Positions 1-10,207 of a stretch of 64,000 nucleotides of DNA are shown one piece after another. The notes beneath the pieces are model-generated. The model did no database searches. It had not been told where the DNA came from and saw only the letters and a list, made by a program, of their open reading frames with translations. Made by a program: the position numbers and the translations under genes. This DNA is from Caldilineae bacterium (GTDB lineage Bacteria; Chloroflexota; Anaerolineae; Epilineales; Epilineaceae), in the NCBI GenBank assembly GCA_020634625.1, contig JACKBJ010000019.1, positions 1,001 to 65,000 of the forward strand. The letters are read 5' to 3'. Numbering within the stretch: position 1 is the stretch's first letter; each line of letters opens with the position of its first letter.

Positions 1-56
1 CGGGCTTGGCCTCCGCGAGTGGGGATCGGGCGGTCGTCGGGCCGGCGCTCGGGGTC

Positions 57-1193
57 TCAGGCCAGGGCCTGGTCCAAGTCGGCCATCAGGTCGTCGAGAT
101 CCTCGATCCCGACGGAGATGCGGACCAGGCCGGGCGGCACCGCCAGCGGGCTGCCCTGGACCGACATATGGGTCATGGCGCTGGGGAGCTCGATCAGGCT
201 CTCGACGCCGCCCAGGCTTTCGGCCAGGGTGAAGAGCTCGGTCCGGGCCACGACCCGGCGGGCGGCTTCCTCGCCGCCGGTCAGCGTGAAGGAGACCATG
301 CCGCCGAAGCCGCCGCGCATCTGACGGGCGGCCACGCGGTGGCCGGGATGGCTGTCCAGGCCGGGGTAGATCACCTGCTCCACCTGGGGCAGGTCCTCGA
401 GCCATTCGGCGATGGCCATGCCGCTGCTCGAGTGACGGGCCATGCGCAGGGCCAGGGTCTTTAAGCCGCGCAGGGCCAGCCAGCAGTCCATCGGGCCGGG
501 CACGGCGCCGGCCGCGTTCTGCAGGAAGGCCAGCTGCTCGCGCAGGCCCTCGTCGCGGCCGACCACGATGCCGCCGACGATGTCGCTGTGGCCGCCGATG
601 TACTTGGTGGCCGAGTGCATCACCAGATCGGCGCCCAGCGTCAGCGGCTGCTGCAGGAAGGGCGAGGCGAAGGTGTTGTCCACGACGGTGATGGCGCCGG
701 CGGCGCGCGCGCGCTCGGCCACGGCCGCGATGTCGACGATCTTGAGCATCGGGTTGGTCGGCGTCTCGACCCAGACCATCCGCGTCTCGGGCCGGATGGC
801 GGCGGCCACCCGATCGGGATCGCGCATGTCCACGAAGTCGAAGCCGATGCCGTAGCGCCGGGCGACCTTGTCGAAGAGCCGGTAGGTGCCGCCGTAGAGG
901 TCGTCGGCGGCCACCACGTGGTCGCCGGCCGCCAGCAGGTAGAGGATCGTGCCGATGGCGGCCATGCCGCTGGCGAAGGCCAGGCCCCAGGCGCCTTCCT
1001 CGACGGCCGCCATCGCGGCCTCGTAGGCCGTCCGGGTGGGGTTGCCCGTGCGCGAGTACTCGTAGCCCTGGTGCTGGCCGACCTCGGCCTGGGCATAGGT
1101 GCTGGTCTGATAGATGGGCACGATGACCGCGCCGGTGCTCGGATCGGGCGCCTGGCCGGCGTGGATGGCGCGGGTGCTGAAGCCGTGTGACAT
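57..1193 (-). CDS. Cys/Met-metabolism PLP-dependent enzyme (cystathionine gamma-synthase / gamma-lyase family)
   Basis: ORF 57..1469(-) trimmed to the ATG at 1193 (MSHGFSTRAIHAG...); the 92 upstream codons are Arg/Ala-rich read-through. Family hallmarks are TRAIHAG, YSRTGNPT and the PLP-lysine motif HSATKYIGGHSD. Length is 378 aa. Confidence 0.9.
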   Translation of the reverse strand: MSHGFSTRAIHAGQAPDPSTGAVIVPIYQTSTYAQAEVGQHQGYEYSRTGNPTRTAYEAAMAAVEEGAWGLAFASGMAAIGTILYLLAAGDHVVAADDLYGGTYRLFDKVARRYGIGFDFVDMRDPDRVAAAIRPETRMVWVETPTNPMLKIVDIAAVAERARAAGAITVVDNTFASPFLQQPLTLGADLVMHSATKYIGGHSDIVGGIVVGRDEGLREQLAFLQNAAGAVPGPMDCWLALRGLKTLALRMARHSSSGMAIAEWLEDLPQVEQVIYPGLDSHPGHRVAARQMRGGFGGMVSFTLTGGEEAARRVVARTELFTLAESLGGVESLIELPSAMTHMSVQGSPLAVPPGLVRISVGIEDLDDLMADLDQALA

Positions 1194-1356
1194 GGGAAGC
1201 TGCTCCGGGATGGCGGCGTCGGGATCGGCCCGGTCGGCCTTGGGCTCGGCCCTGGCATTATAGCGCCGCCCGAGGCCAGCCCGCGGCCGTCGGGTCCGGC
1301 CGGCCCGCCGGACCCATAGCGCCGCACCACGCCGGCCCGGCGCCGACCGGCTGGTC

Positions 1357-1385
1357 TTGTCGGCCCGAGGCATCTGGAGTATGCT
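1357..1385 (+). promoter_or_regulatory. Possible sigma70-type promoter for the phn transporter operon (TTGTCG-17-TATGCT)
   Basis: Hexamers read directly from the sequence about 115 nt upstream of the phnD-like start. Spacing is 17 nt. No experimental support. Confidence 0.3.
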
Positions 1386-1498
1386 GGCCCGGATGCCCCT
1401 CCGGCTGCCCGCGCCGGCCTTCGCGCCGGCACGCCGGGCTGCGCGGTGGGGCCGCGACCCGCACGTCATTCCCCGATGAGGAGGACCCCGTGAGACTG

Positions 1499-2545
1499 AT
1501 GCGATGGCTGTCCGTGATGCTGCTCGCCCTGTCGCTCGGCGCCAGCCTGGCGGCCTGCGGCGGCGAGCCCGAGGAGGCCGGCGACGGTGACGCGGCCGGC
1601 GAGATGAGCGACGAGGGCGCAGCCGATGCCGAGGCCGGCGACGACGCGGCCGGCGACGATGCGGCGGCGGAGGAGGCCGGCGCCGCCGAGGGCGACGCGA
1701 CCGCGGGCGAGGCGATGGCGCCCGGCGACCTGGGCACGTCCGAGAACCCGATCGTCATGAGCTTCGTGCCCTCGGGCGAGACCGAGGAGGTCATGACCGG
1801 CAGCGACGAGATCTCCAAGCTGCTCGAGGCCGAGACCGGCTTGTCGGTGAAGAGCAACGTGGCCACCAGCTACGCCGCCGTCATCGAGGCCATGGGCGCC
1901 GGCCAGGCCCAGGTCGGCTGGCTGAACACCTTCAGCTACATCCTGGCCAACCAGAAGTCCGGCGTCAAGCCGATCCTGGTGGTCGAGCGCTTCGGCTCGA
2001 CCGCCTACGCCAGCCTGATCATCACCCGCGCCGACAGCGGCATCGAGAGCCTGGCCGACCTGAAGGGCAGCAAGTTCTGCCGCCCCGACCCGCTCTCGAC
2101 CTCGGGCTGGATCATCCCCTCGGTCGATCTCGCGGCGGCCGGGCTCGACCCGGAGACCGACCTGGAGATCGTCGACTCGGGCAACCACGACGCCGTGGTC
2201 ACCGCGGTCTACAACGGCGACTGCGACGCTGGCGCCGTCTACGACGACGCGCGCACCGGCCTCGAGGAGGAGTTCCCCGACGTGATGGAGGTGGTGTCGG
2301 TCATCCACACCTCGGCCGACATTCCCAACGACAACGTTAGCGTGACCGCCGACCTGCCCGAAGCGCTGGCCGCCAGGCTCAGCGCCGGCCTGATGGCCAT
2401 CGGCGAGACCGAGGAAGGCGCGGCGGCTTTCGAGACCGCCTACGGCATCGAGAAGCTGGTGCCGGCCGACGACGCCTTCTACGACGACTTCCGCGCCACC
2501 CTGGACCAGGCCGGCGTGGACGTCGAGGACCTGGCCAAGGAATAG
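1499..2545 (+). CDS. phnD: Phosphonate/phosphite ABC transporter substrate-binding lipoprotein (PhnD family)
   Basis: Trimmed to the ATG at 1499. Lipoprotein signal MRWLSVMLLALSLGASLAACGG, then an acidic Ala/Asp/Glu linker. The PhnD-like core includes VGWLNTFSYILA and FCRPDPLSTSGWIIP. The gene lies directly upstream of phnC/phnE-like genes. Confidence 0.8.
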   Translation: MRWLSVMLLALSLGASLAACGGEPEEAGDGDAAGEMSDEGAADAEAGDDAAGDDAAAEEAGAAEGDATAGEAMAPGDLGTSENPIVMSFVPSGETEEVMTGSDEISKLLEAETGLSVKSNVATSYAAVIEAMGAGQAQVGWLNTFSYILANQKSGVKPILVVERFGSTAYASLIITRADSGIESLADLKGSKFCRPDPLSTSGWIIPSVDLAAAGLDPETDLEIVDSGNHDAVVTAVYNGDCDAGAVYDDARTGLEEEFPDVMEVVSVIHTSADIPNDNVSVTADLPEALAARLSAGLMAIGETEEGAAAFETAYGIEKLVPADDAFYDDFRATLDQAGVDVEDLAKE

Positions 2546-2675
2546 CGCCCAGGGGTCGCCCGAGCGATCGAAGCCGGCGCGGGGGCGCCGATCGAGCGTC
2601 CCCGCGCCGCTGCGCGTCGAGGCCCCGGACTGGCGTCGGCCCCCGGCGCCAGACCCGACGACAGGAGAGGACCCC

Positions 2676-3434
2676 GTGCTCGCCATCCGTCACCTGACCA
2701 AGGTCTATCCCAACGGCTTCAAGGCCCTGGACGACCTAAACCTCGAGGTCGAATCGGGCGAGTTCCTGGTCATCATCGGCCTCTCGGGCTCGGGCAAGAG
2801 CACCTTGCTGCGCTGCATCAACCGCCTGATCGAGCCGACTGAAGGCCAGGTGCTGCTCGACGGGGTGGACATCACGGCCGCCGCGCCGGCCGAGCTGCGC
2901 CGCATCCGGCGCGACATCGCGATGATCTTCCAGCAGTTCAACCTGGTCAAGCGCAGCTCGGTGTCGACCAACGTGCTCTGCGGCCGACTGGGCTACGCCC
3001 GCACGCTGCCCAGCCTGATCGGCCTCTGGCCGACCGCCGACAAGGCGCGCGCCGCCGCCAGCCTCGAGCTGGTCGGCCTGTCCGACAAGGCGCGCAGTCG
3101 TGCCGACGCCTTGTCGGGCGGCCAGCAGCAGCGGGTCGGCATCGCCCGGGCCCTGATGCAGGAGCCGAAGCTGCTCCTGGCCGACGAGCCGGTGGCCAGC
3201 CTGGACCCGGCCACCAGCCACGGCGTGCTGGACTACCTGCGCGACCTCAACCGCGAGCGGGGCATGACGGTGCTGTGCAGCCTGCACTTCCTGAGCCTGG
3301 CCCGCGAGTACGCCAGCCGGGTGATCGCGCTCAAGGACGGCCGGCTGATGTTCGACGGCCGGCCGGAGGCGATCGATGCGGCCCGCTTCCGCGAGATCTA
3401 CGGCGAGGACGCCGTCGAGGTGGAGATCCGCTAG
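2676..3434 (+). CDS. phnC: Phosphonate ABC transporter ATP-binding protein
   Basis: GTG start preceded by AGGAGAGG. Walker [13 protein letters not shown] signature LSGGQQQRV, Walker B LLLADEP. PhnC-like N-terminus [15 protein letters not shown]. Confidence 0.9.
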   Translation: MLAIRHLTKVYPNGFKALDDLNLEVESGEFLVIIGLSGSGKSTLLRCINRLIEPTEGQVLLDGVDITAAAPAELRRIRRDIAMIFQQFNLVKRSSVSTNVLCGRLGYARTLPSLIGLWPTADKARAAASLELVGLSDKARSRADALSGGQQQRVGIARALMQEPKLLLADEPVASLDPATSHGVLDYLRDLNRERGMTVLCSLHFLSLAREYASRVIALKDGRLMFDGRPEAIDAARFREIYGEDAVEVEIR

Positions 3435-3435
3435 C

Positions 3436-5958
3436 ATGCCTCCGTCGATCGCCGCCTTCCTGCTTCCCGGCCTGGGTCATTGGCGGGCCGGACGTCGCGA
3501 GCAGGGCCTTTCGATCCTGGCCGCGACCGCCGGCATCGCCCTGGTCCTGGGCTGGTGGGCCGGTATCGGCGGCCGGCCCGCCTGGTGGCTGGCGCTGCTG
3601 CCCTTCTGGCTGGCCCAGGCCCTGGACGCTGCCGCGCTCGAGCGGGGCAGGGCCAGCGCGGTGGCGCGCCTGGTGCTGCTGGGCATGCTGCCGATCTACC
3701 TGGTCGGCTGGCAGGCCACCGAGATCGACCTGGCCGAGCCCTTTCGGCGCTGGAGCAAGGTCGAGCCCTTCTTTCGCGGCCTGTTCCGGCCCGACTTCAG
3801 CGACCCGGTGCGCGAGACCCGCTCGGCGCGGGTCGGGGTGCTGACGCCCTGCGACCCGGCGGCGCCCTCGGCGACGGCGCCCCTGTCGGACGCGGCGCCG
3901 TCGGTCTCGGTCGAGCCGGCCTGCGCGCCCTTGGGGGCGACGCTCAGGGTGCGTGGCGCCGGCTTCGCCGCCGAGGTCCCGCTCGCCCTGATCTGGCGCG
4001 GCCCCACCGGCGACGAGTCGGAGATCGCCCGCCTGAGCACCGATCCGGCGGGGCGCTTCGAGGCCCAGATCGTCGTGCCCGTCGAGTCGATCCCGGCCCG
4101 GGTTCGCGAGCGGCGGCCGGATCAGCCGCAGGACCAGGCGCTGCGGGCCGAGTCGGCCATCGACACCGGCCGACGTCGGCCGAGCGCCACGCTGAGCCTG
4201 ATTCTCGAGAACCTCGGCGTGACCATCGCGCTGGGCTACATGGCCACCCTGCTGGGCGCCCTGCTGGCCCTGCCGCTCGCGCTCCTGGGTGCGCGCAACC
4301 TGATGGGCCGCGGCCCGGCCGGGCGCGGGCTCTACTGGCTGGCTCGCGGCCTCTTGAACACCGTTCGCTCGATCGAGTCGCTGATCCTGGCGGTGGTCTT
4401 CGTGGTCTGGGTCGGGCAGGGGCCCTTCGCCGGCATGCTGGCCTTGACGGTCCACACCATCGCCGCCATCGGCAAGCTCTTCAGCGAGGCCATCGAGAGC
4501 ATCGACGAGGGCCCGGTCGAGGCCTTGCGGGCGACCGGCGCCGGCTGGCTGCAGGTGGCGCGCTACGCCGTGCTGCCGCAGGTGCTGCCACCCTTCACCG
4601 CCTTCACGGTCTACCGCTGGGACATCAACGTCCGCATGTCGACCATCCTGGGCTTCGTGGGCGGCGGCGGCATCGGCTTCCTGCTGCAGCAGTGGATCGC
4701 CAAGGGCCGCTGGAGCGAGGTCTCGACGGCGGTGCTGGTCATCGCTGTCCTGCTGGTGCTGCTCGACCAGCTCAGCGCCCGGCTGCGCGAGCGCATCATC
4801 GAGGGCAGGCCGATCCTGGCGCCCTGGCTGCGCCCGCTGGCCGCCCTGGGCTTGCTCCTGTTCAGCGCCTGGGCCTGGCGCGGCTCCCGGATCGATGTGG
4901 CTCGGATGCTGCGCGACGCGGACAAGATCGGGCCGATCATGAGCCAGCTGCTGCGGCCGGATCTGATCGAGGCCGAGGCGCGCACCGAGACCCTGCAGCT
5001 GCCCCTGGCCCGCTGCGCGCCGGGCCAGGACCCGGCGGTTGGCCGGTCGGCCGAGCAGGACGCGGTGCGCTTCGCCATCGATCGCGGTTGCGTCGATGCC
5101 GCGACGGGGCTGACCGCGCGCGTCAGCGGCCTGGCGCCGGGCACGGCCGTGCGCCTGCGCTGGCTGCTGCCCGAGGGCCGTCGCCTGCCGGCCGGCCAGC
5201 TCGCGGTCAGCGCCGCCGGCGAGGCCAGCGCCCGGCTCGAGATCCGGCCGATCCTGCGCCAGCAGCTGGCGGCGCCCGAGGCCCAGGCCCGGCTCGAGCT
5301 CGAGCTGGGCCTGCCGACGGGCCGCATCGGCCCCAGCCAGCCGCTGCGCCGGACGCTGGACACGATCCTCGAGTCGATCCTGATGGCGCTGATGGCCAGC
5401 AGCCTCGGCGCGATCCTGGCCATGCCGCTGGCCTTCCTCGGCGCGCGCAACCTCATGCCCCGCAGTCGACTCGGAACGGCGATCTACCAGGCCAGCCGGG
5501 CCTTCATGAACCTGGCGCGGTCGGTCGAGCCGCTGGTGTTGGCGGCCATCTTCGCCGTCTGGATGGGCATCGGATCGCCGGCCGGCGGCGTGCTGGCCCT
5601 CGGCTGGGTGACCATGGCCAACCTGGGCAAGCTGTTCAGCGAATCGGTCGAGGGCATCGACGCCGGGCCGATCGAGGCCCTGGCCGCCAGCGGCGCCAAC
5701 CGCGCGCAGCAAGTGCGCTACGCCGTCGTGCCGCAGATCGTGCCGCCCTTCCTGGCCTTCGGGATCTACCAGTGGGACATCAACGTGCGGCTCAGCGTCA
5801 TCGTCGGCTTCGTGGGCGGCGGCGGGATCGGCTTCGTGCTCTACGAGTGGATGAAGGTGACCCAATGGCGGGCCGCGGCGGTCGCCATCCTGGCCATCAT
5901 CGTGGTGGTGACCAGCATGGACGGCGTCAGCGCCCGCTTGCGTGAGCGCCTGGTCTGA
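3436..5958 (+). CDS. phnE: Fused double PhnE-type ABC permease (two permease cores, each preceded by an extracytoplasmic insert)
   Basis: The ATG at 3436 lies 1 nt after the phnC stop. There are two internally homologous halves, each with the PhnE-like motifs LG(K)LFSE(A/S)IE(S/G)ID.GP.EAL.A.GA and Y(R/Q)[19 protein letters not shown]. Length is 840 aa versus about 260-280 aa for a single PhnE. Confidence 0.85.
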   Translation: MPPSIAAFLLPGLGHWRAGRREQGLSILAATAGIALVLGWWAGIGGRPAWWLALLPFWLAQALDAAALERGRASAVARLVLLGMLPIYLVGWQATEIDLAEPFRRWSKVEPFFRGLFRPDFSDPVRETRSARVGVLTPCDPAAPSATAPLSDAAPSVSVEPACAPLGATLRVRGAGFAAEVPLALIWRGPTGDESEIARLSTDPAGRFEAQIVVPVESIPARVRERRPDQPQDQALRAESAIDTGRRRPSATLSLILENLGVTIALGYMATLLGALLALPLALLGARNLMGRGPAGRGLYWLARGLLNTVRSIESLILAVVFVVWVGQGPFAGMLALTVHTIAAIGKLFSEAIESIDEGPVEALRATGAGWLQVARYAVLPQVLPPFTAFTVYRWDINVRMSTILGFVGGGGIGFLLQQWIAKGRWSEVSTAVLVIAVLLVLLDQLSARLRERIIEGRPILAPWLRPLAALGLLLFSAWAWRGSRIDVARMLRDADKIGPIMSQLLRPDLIEAEARTETLQLPLARCAPGQDPAVGRSAEQDAVRFAIDRGCVDAATGLTARVSGLAPGTAVRLRWLLPEGRRLPAGQLAVSAAGEASARLEIRPILRQQLAAPEAQARLELELGLPTGRIGPSQPLRRTLDTILESILMALMASSLGAILAMPLAFLGARNLMPRSRLGTAIYQASRAFMNLARSVEPLVLAAIFAVWMGIGSPAGGVLALGWVTMANLGKLFSESVEGIDAGPIEALAASGANRAQQVRYAVVPQIVPPFLAFGIYQWDINVRLSVIVGFVGGGGIGFVLYEWMKVTQWRAAAVAILAIIVVVTSMDGVSARLRERLV

Positions 5959-6073
5959 GACCGGTCGGGGACCGGGCATTGACAGGCGGGCGCGCCGGAC
6001 GCAAGGTGTCCGATGGGATCGATGCCCTACCCTTCGCTGGCCGCAACGCCGCCAGCCCCAGCAGGAGCAGCCG

Positions 6074-7648
6074 ATGTCCAGCCCCCAGCCGGGCCTCCCG
6101 CCCGGCACCGAGACCATCGCCATCATCGACTACGGTGGCCAGACGGCGCAGCTGATCGCACGCCGGGTGCGCGAGCACGGCGTCTTCTGCGAGCTCCTGC
6201 CCTGGGACGCGCCGCGCGCGGTCTTCGAAGCCCTGGCGCCCAGGGGCTACATCCTCTCGGGCGGACCGGAGAGCGTCTATGCGCCCGACGCACCGAGCCT
6301 GCCGTCGATCGTGCTCGAGAGCGGCGTTCCGGTGCTCGGCATCTGCTACGGCATGCAGCTCCTGTCGCATGCCCTGGGCGGTCGGGTCGCGCCTTCGGCC
6401 CATCGCGAGTACGGTCTGGCCGAGCTGGAGCGCGACGCCGAGCTGCCGCTCTTCCGAGGCCTGCCCCAGGAGCTGACGGTCTGGATGAGCCACGCCGACC
6501 GGGTCGACATGGTGCCGGACGGCTTCCGGGCGCTGGGCCACACCCGCAACGCGCCGGCGGCGATCATGGGCGATCCGAAACGCGGGCTCTACGCGGTCCA
6601 GTTTCACCCGGAGGTGACGCACACGCCCTTTGGCTCGAAGCTGCTGGGCAACTTCGTGCTGGAGGTCTGCGGCTGCCGGGGCGACTGGACCCCGGCCCGC
6701 TTCATCGAGACGGCGGTCGACGCGATCCGGGAGCAGGTCGGCGACGGCAGCGTGCTGGTGGCGATCTCGGGAGGCGTCGACAGCTCGGTGACGGCGGCCC
6801 TGGTGCATCGGGCGATCGGCGATCGGATGCACGCCTTCTTCATCGACCATGGCCTGCTGCGCCAGGACGAGCCCGAGGACGTGGCCCGGCTCTTCGCCAG
6901 CCTGGGCATCTCGGTGACGATGGTCGATGCCGCCGACGGTTTCCTGGCGGCGCTGGCCGGCGTCGAGGATCCGGAGACCAAGCGCAAGATCATCGGCACC
7001 TGCTTCGTGCGCGAGTTCGAGCGCCAGGCGGCCAGCGTCGGCCAGCTCGACTTCCTGGCCCAGGGCACGCTCTACCCGGACGTGATCGAGTCGGCCACCT
7101 CGGCCAGCGGAAGCGCGCACAAGATCAAGACCCACCACAACGTGGGCGGTTTGCCGGAGGACATCGAGTTCGGCGTGATCGAGCCGCTGCGCTTCCTGTT
7201 CAAGGACGAGGTGCGCCGGGTCGGCCGCGAGCTGGGCCTGCCCGAGAAGGTCGTGATGCGCCAGCCCTTCCCCGGCCCCGGCCTGGCCGTGCGCATCCTG
7301 GGCGAGGTCTCGCGCGAGAAGCTGGCCACCCTGCGGCAGGCCGACGCCATCCTGCGCCAGGAGATCGAGGCCCGCGCCGGCGAGCTCGGCGACGAGCAAC
7401 CCTGGCAGTACTTCGCGGTGCTGACCCCGCTGCGCTCGGTGGGCGTGATGGGCGATCAGCGCACCTACGGCAACCTGGTCGGCATCCGCGCCGTCACCAG
7501 CCTCGACGGCATGACGGCCGACTGGGCCCGACTGCCGGCCGACCTGCTCACCCGGATCGCCACCCGCATCGTCAACGAGGTCGCCGGCGTGAACCGGGTG
7601 GTCTACGACATCAGCTCCAAGCCGCCCTCGACCATCGAGTGGGAGTAG
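6074..7648 (+). CDS. guaA: GMP synthase (glutamine-hydrolysing)
   Basis: Trimmed to the ATG at 6074. GATase motifs IIDYGGQ and GICYGMQ, ATP-pyrophosphatase P-loop SGGVDSS, characteristic C-terminus KPPSTIEWE. Confidence 0.95.
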   Translation: MSSPQPGLPPGTETIAIIDYGGQTAQLIARRVREHGVFCELLPWDAPRAVFEALAPRGYILSGGPESVYAPDAPSLPSIVLESGVPVLGICYGMQLLSHALGGRVAPSAHREYGLAELERDAELPLFRGLPQELTVWMSHADRVDMVPDGFRALGHTRNAPAAIMGDPKRGLYAVQFHPEVTHTPFGSKLLGNFVLEVCGCRGDWTPARFIETAVDAIREQVGDGSVLVAISGGVDSSVTAALVHRAIGDRMHAFFIDHGLLRQDEPEDVARLFASLGISVTMVDAADGFLAALAGVEDPETKRKIIGTCFVREFERQAASVGQLDFLAQGTLYPDVIESATSASGSAHKIKTHHNVGGLPEDIEFGVIEPLRFLFKDEVRRVGRELGLPEKVVMRQPFPGPGLAVRILGEVSREKLATLRQADAILRQEIEARAGELGDEQPWQYFAVLTPLRSVGVMGDQRTYGNLVGIRAVTSLDGMTADWARLPADLLTRIATRIVNEVAGVNRVVYDISSKPPSTIEWE

Positions 7649-7773
7649 GCGCGGCTGGCCGGGCGCCTGCAACGCGTGCATCCTCAGCTGCGTACACCCA
7701 GTCCGTCATCGTCGGCCCGGCCGCCTCGGCGCGAGGCGGGCAGCGAGCCGACCGAAGCCATAGGGGAGCCTCC

Positions 7774-8346
7774 ATGAACAGCCTTGTCGTCCTCGGCGTC
7801 CTCGCCCTGGTCCTGATCTGGGCCACCTTCGTCTACAACCGCCTGGTCGCCCTGCGCAACCGCGCCGAGGGCGCCTGGTCCGACATCGATGTCCAGCTCA
7901 AGCGGCGCCACGACCTGGTCGGCAACCTGGTCGAGACGGTCAAGGGCTACGCCAGCCACGAGCGCGAGACCTTCGAGGCCGTGGTCGAGGCCCGCAACCA
8001 GGCCGAGGGCGCCCGCCAGTCGGGCGACCTGGCCGCCGCCGGAGCGGCCGAGAGCCTGCTCGGCGGCCGGATCGGCGCGATCTTCGCCCTGGCCGAGGCC
8101 TACCCCGAGCTGAAGGCCAACGAGGGCTTTCGCGACCTCCAGAAGTCGCTGGGCGACCTGGAGACGGCCATCCAGGACGCACGCCGCTACTACAACGCGG
8201 TGGTGCGCGACCTGAACACGCGCATCCAGTCGATGCCCGACATGCTGGTGGCCCGCTTCGGCAGCTTCGCGCCGCTGGGCTTCTTCGAGCTCGAGGATGC
8301 CGCGGAGGCCGCCGTGCCGCAGGTGCGCTTCGGGGCGGAAGGCTGA
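7774..8346 (+). CDS. lemA: LemA family membrane protein
   Basis: C-terminal part of track ORF 6013..8346, starting at the ATG at 7774. N-terminal TM helix, then the LemA signature YNRLVALRN..E.AWSDIDVQLKRRHDL..NLVETVKGY..HE and ARRYYNA.V. Confidence 0.9.
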   Translation: MNSLVVLGVLALVLIWATFVYNRLVALRNRAEGAWSDIDVQLKRRHDLVGNLVETVKGYASHERETFEAVVEARNQAEGARQSGDLAAAGAAESLLGGRIGAIFALAEAYPELKANEGFRDLQKSLGDLETAIQDARRYYNAVVRDLNTRIQSMPDMLVARFGSFAPLGFFELEDAAEAAVPQVRFGAEG

Positions 8347-10130
8347 TGCAGCGTCGCGCGAGCGAGATCGCCCGAACCCAGCCGGCTCCGGCGCATGGCT
8401 CCTGGTGGGTCGCCTGGCTCGCCGCGCTGGTGCTGCTGCTCCTCGCGGCCGGGCCCGTCCGGGCCGACCTCGGCGGCTACCGCATCGATCGCTTCGACAC
8501 CGATCTCCGGGTCGAGGGCAACGCCGACCTGCAGGTCGAGGAGCGCATCGAGGTCCAGTTCTCCGAGCCGCGGCACGGCATCTACCGGGACATTCCGGTG
8601 CGCTACACCGATCCGCGCGGCTTCGCCTATGCCATCGACCTGCGCCTCCTCGGCGTCGAGGACGAGGCCGGCCACGCCCTGGACACCGAGACCAGCCGCC
8701 AGGGCCAGTACGTGCACATCCGCATCGGCGATCCGGACCGGCTGGTCGAGGGCCGGCAGGTCTACGTCATCCGCTACCGGGTCGGCGGCGCCGTGACCGG
8801 CATGTCGGATCATGACGAGCTCTACTGGAACGCCGTGGGCGACGAATGGCAGACCGAGATCCGTTCGGCCAGCGCCACGGTGCACCTGCCGGACACGATC
8901 GCGGCCGACGCGGTCACCACCGGCGCCTGGTCGGGCCACTTCGGCAGCCAGGACGAGGACGTGACCATCGACGCCGCCTCGCCCCAGGCCATCGGCTTCG
9001 CCAGCACCCGGGCCCTGGGCCCGACCGAGGGGCTGACGGTTCGCGTGGCCTGGCCCAAGGGCCACGTAGCCTTCCCCAGCGCCTTGGAGCGCTGGATCCG
9101 CCGCTTCTTCGACAACTGGATCCTGCTGACGCCCTTCCTGGCCCTGGCCTGGCTCTGGCGACGCTACCGCAGCGGCGGGCGCGACCCGATCGGGCCGGCC
9201 GCGGTCACGGTGCAGTACAGCCCGCCCGAGGGCGTCGGACCGGGCGAGGTCGGCACCCTGATCGACGAGAAGGTCGACCTGCCCGACATCACCGCCACGG
9301 TGGTCGACCTGGCGGTGCACGGCTTCCTCACGATCGGCGTCGAGGCTCAGAAGAAGCTGATCCGGACCAAGGAGGTCACCGTCTTCGAACGCGCCCATGC
9401 CGCCGACGTCGGCGGCTTGCTGCCGCACGAGCGACGGGTGCTGGACGGCATCTTCGAGGACGGCGAGCGCGTGACCAGCGAGGACCTGCGCGAGCGCTTC
9501 TACCGGCACATCCCCAAGATTCAGACCGACCTCTACCAGCGGCTGACCGACGAGGGCTATTTCTCGGCCAACCCGCAGTGGGTGCGCACGCGCTTCATCC
9601 TATCGGGCGTCTTCGGCGGCCTGCTGCTGTTCCTGGTCGGCCTGGCCTGGGCCTGGTGGCGCGGCATCCTGATGCCCTACGCGCTGTTTGCGCCGATCGC
9701 CGCCGGCCTGCTGACCGCCATCCTCTTCGCCGCCTTCGCCGGCGCGATGCCGAGCCGGACCGAGAAGGGCGTGGCGCTGCAGGCCTGGGCGCGCGGCTTT
9801 CAAGAGTTCGTCGACCGGGTGGAGTCCGATCGCCTGGAGCGCGCCGAAGCGCGCAACGCCTTCGAGTCGCTGCTGCCCTACGCGATGGCCCTGGGCGTGG
9901 CGGCCACCTGGGCCCGCAAGTTCGAGGGCATCTACGACGAGGCCGGGCCCGCCTGGTACGTCGGTCCCCACATGGGCGGCGGCTTCTCGACCCGCGGCTT
10001 CGAGAGCAGCTTGAGCTCGGCGATGGCCGCCACGGCCAAGACCATGGCCGAGTCGCCCCGTTCGAGCAGCTCGGGGGGCGGCGGCTTCTCGGGCGGCGGC
10101 ATGGGCGGTGGGGGCGGCGGCTCCTGGTAG
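8346..10130 (+). CDS. DUF2207-domain membrane protein with Gly-rich C-terminal tail
   Basis: The start overlaps the lemA stop (TGATG). Signal/TM segment, extracytoplasmic domain with the DUF2207-like motif GIYRDIP.RY, three to four TM helices, then the tail SSSGGGGFSGGGMGGGGGGSW. LemA-DUF2207 is a common gene pair. Confidence 0.8.
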   Translation: MQRRASEIARTQPAPAHGSWWVAWLAALVLLLLAAGPVRADLGGYRIDRFDTDLRVEGNADLQVEERIEVQFSEPRHGIYRDIPVRYTDPRGFAYAIDLRLLGVEDEAGHALDTETSRQGQYVHIRIGDPDRLVEGRQVYVIRYRVGGAVTGMSDHDELYWNAVGDEWQTEIRSASATVHLPDTIAADAVTTGAWSGHFGSQDEDVTIDAASPQAIGFASTRALGPTEGLTVRVAWPKGHVAFPSALERWIRRFFDNWILLTPFLALAWLWRRYRSGGRDPIGPAAVTVQYSPPEGVGPGEVGTLIDEKVDLPDITATVVDLAVHGFLTIGVEAQKKLIRTKEVTVFERAHAADVGGLLPHERRVLDGIFEDGERVTSEDLRERFYRHIPKIQTDLYQRLTDEGYFSANPQWVRTRFILSGVFGGLLLFLVGLAWAWWRGILMPYALFAPIAAGLLTAILFAAFAGAMPSRTEKGVALQAWARGFQEFVDRVESDRLERAEARNAFESLLPYAMALGVAATWARKFEGIYDEAGPAWYVGPHMGGGFSTRGFESSLSSAMAATAKTMAESPRSSSSGGGGFSGGGMGGGGGGSW

Positions 10131-10207
10131 ACGGGGCCGGGCACGTCGCCGCCAGGGTGCCGGCGGCGACGTGCCAAGCGCCGTCGATCGTGGCATGATC
10201 TGAGGCG

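Noticed and set aside
1194-1498. Possible SAM riboswitch in the 300-nt leader of the Met/Cys PLP-enzyme gene (the region has stable hairpins such as GGGTCCGG...CCGGACCC and a repeated GGCGCTAT)
   Set aside because: I could not find the conserved SAM-I, SAM-II or SAM-IV core sequences by eye. Only a covariance-model scan (Rfam/Infernal) could decide. The same spacer also has to hold the phnD promoter.
3331-6126. 931-aa minus-strand ORF and 821-aa alternative plus-frame ORF (3480..5945) over the phnE fusion
   Set aside because: Low-complexity Arg/Pro/Gly translations. The phnE frame has duplicated permease motifs and hydrophobic helices.
10040-10130. Gly-run (GGC)n-like segment at the end of the DUF2207 gene as a possible repeat or slippage hotspot
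   Set aside because: It encodes the Gly-rich C-terminal tail that is characteristic of DUF2207 proteins. There is no evidence of independent function.
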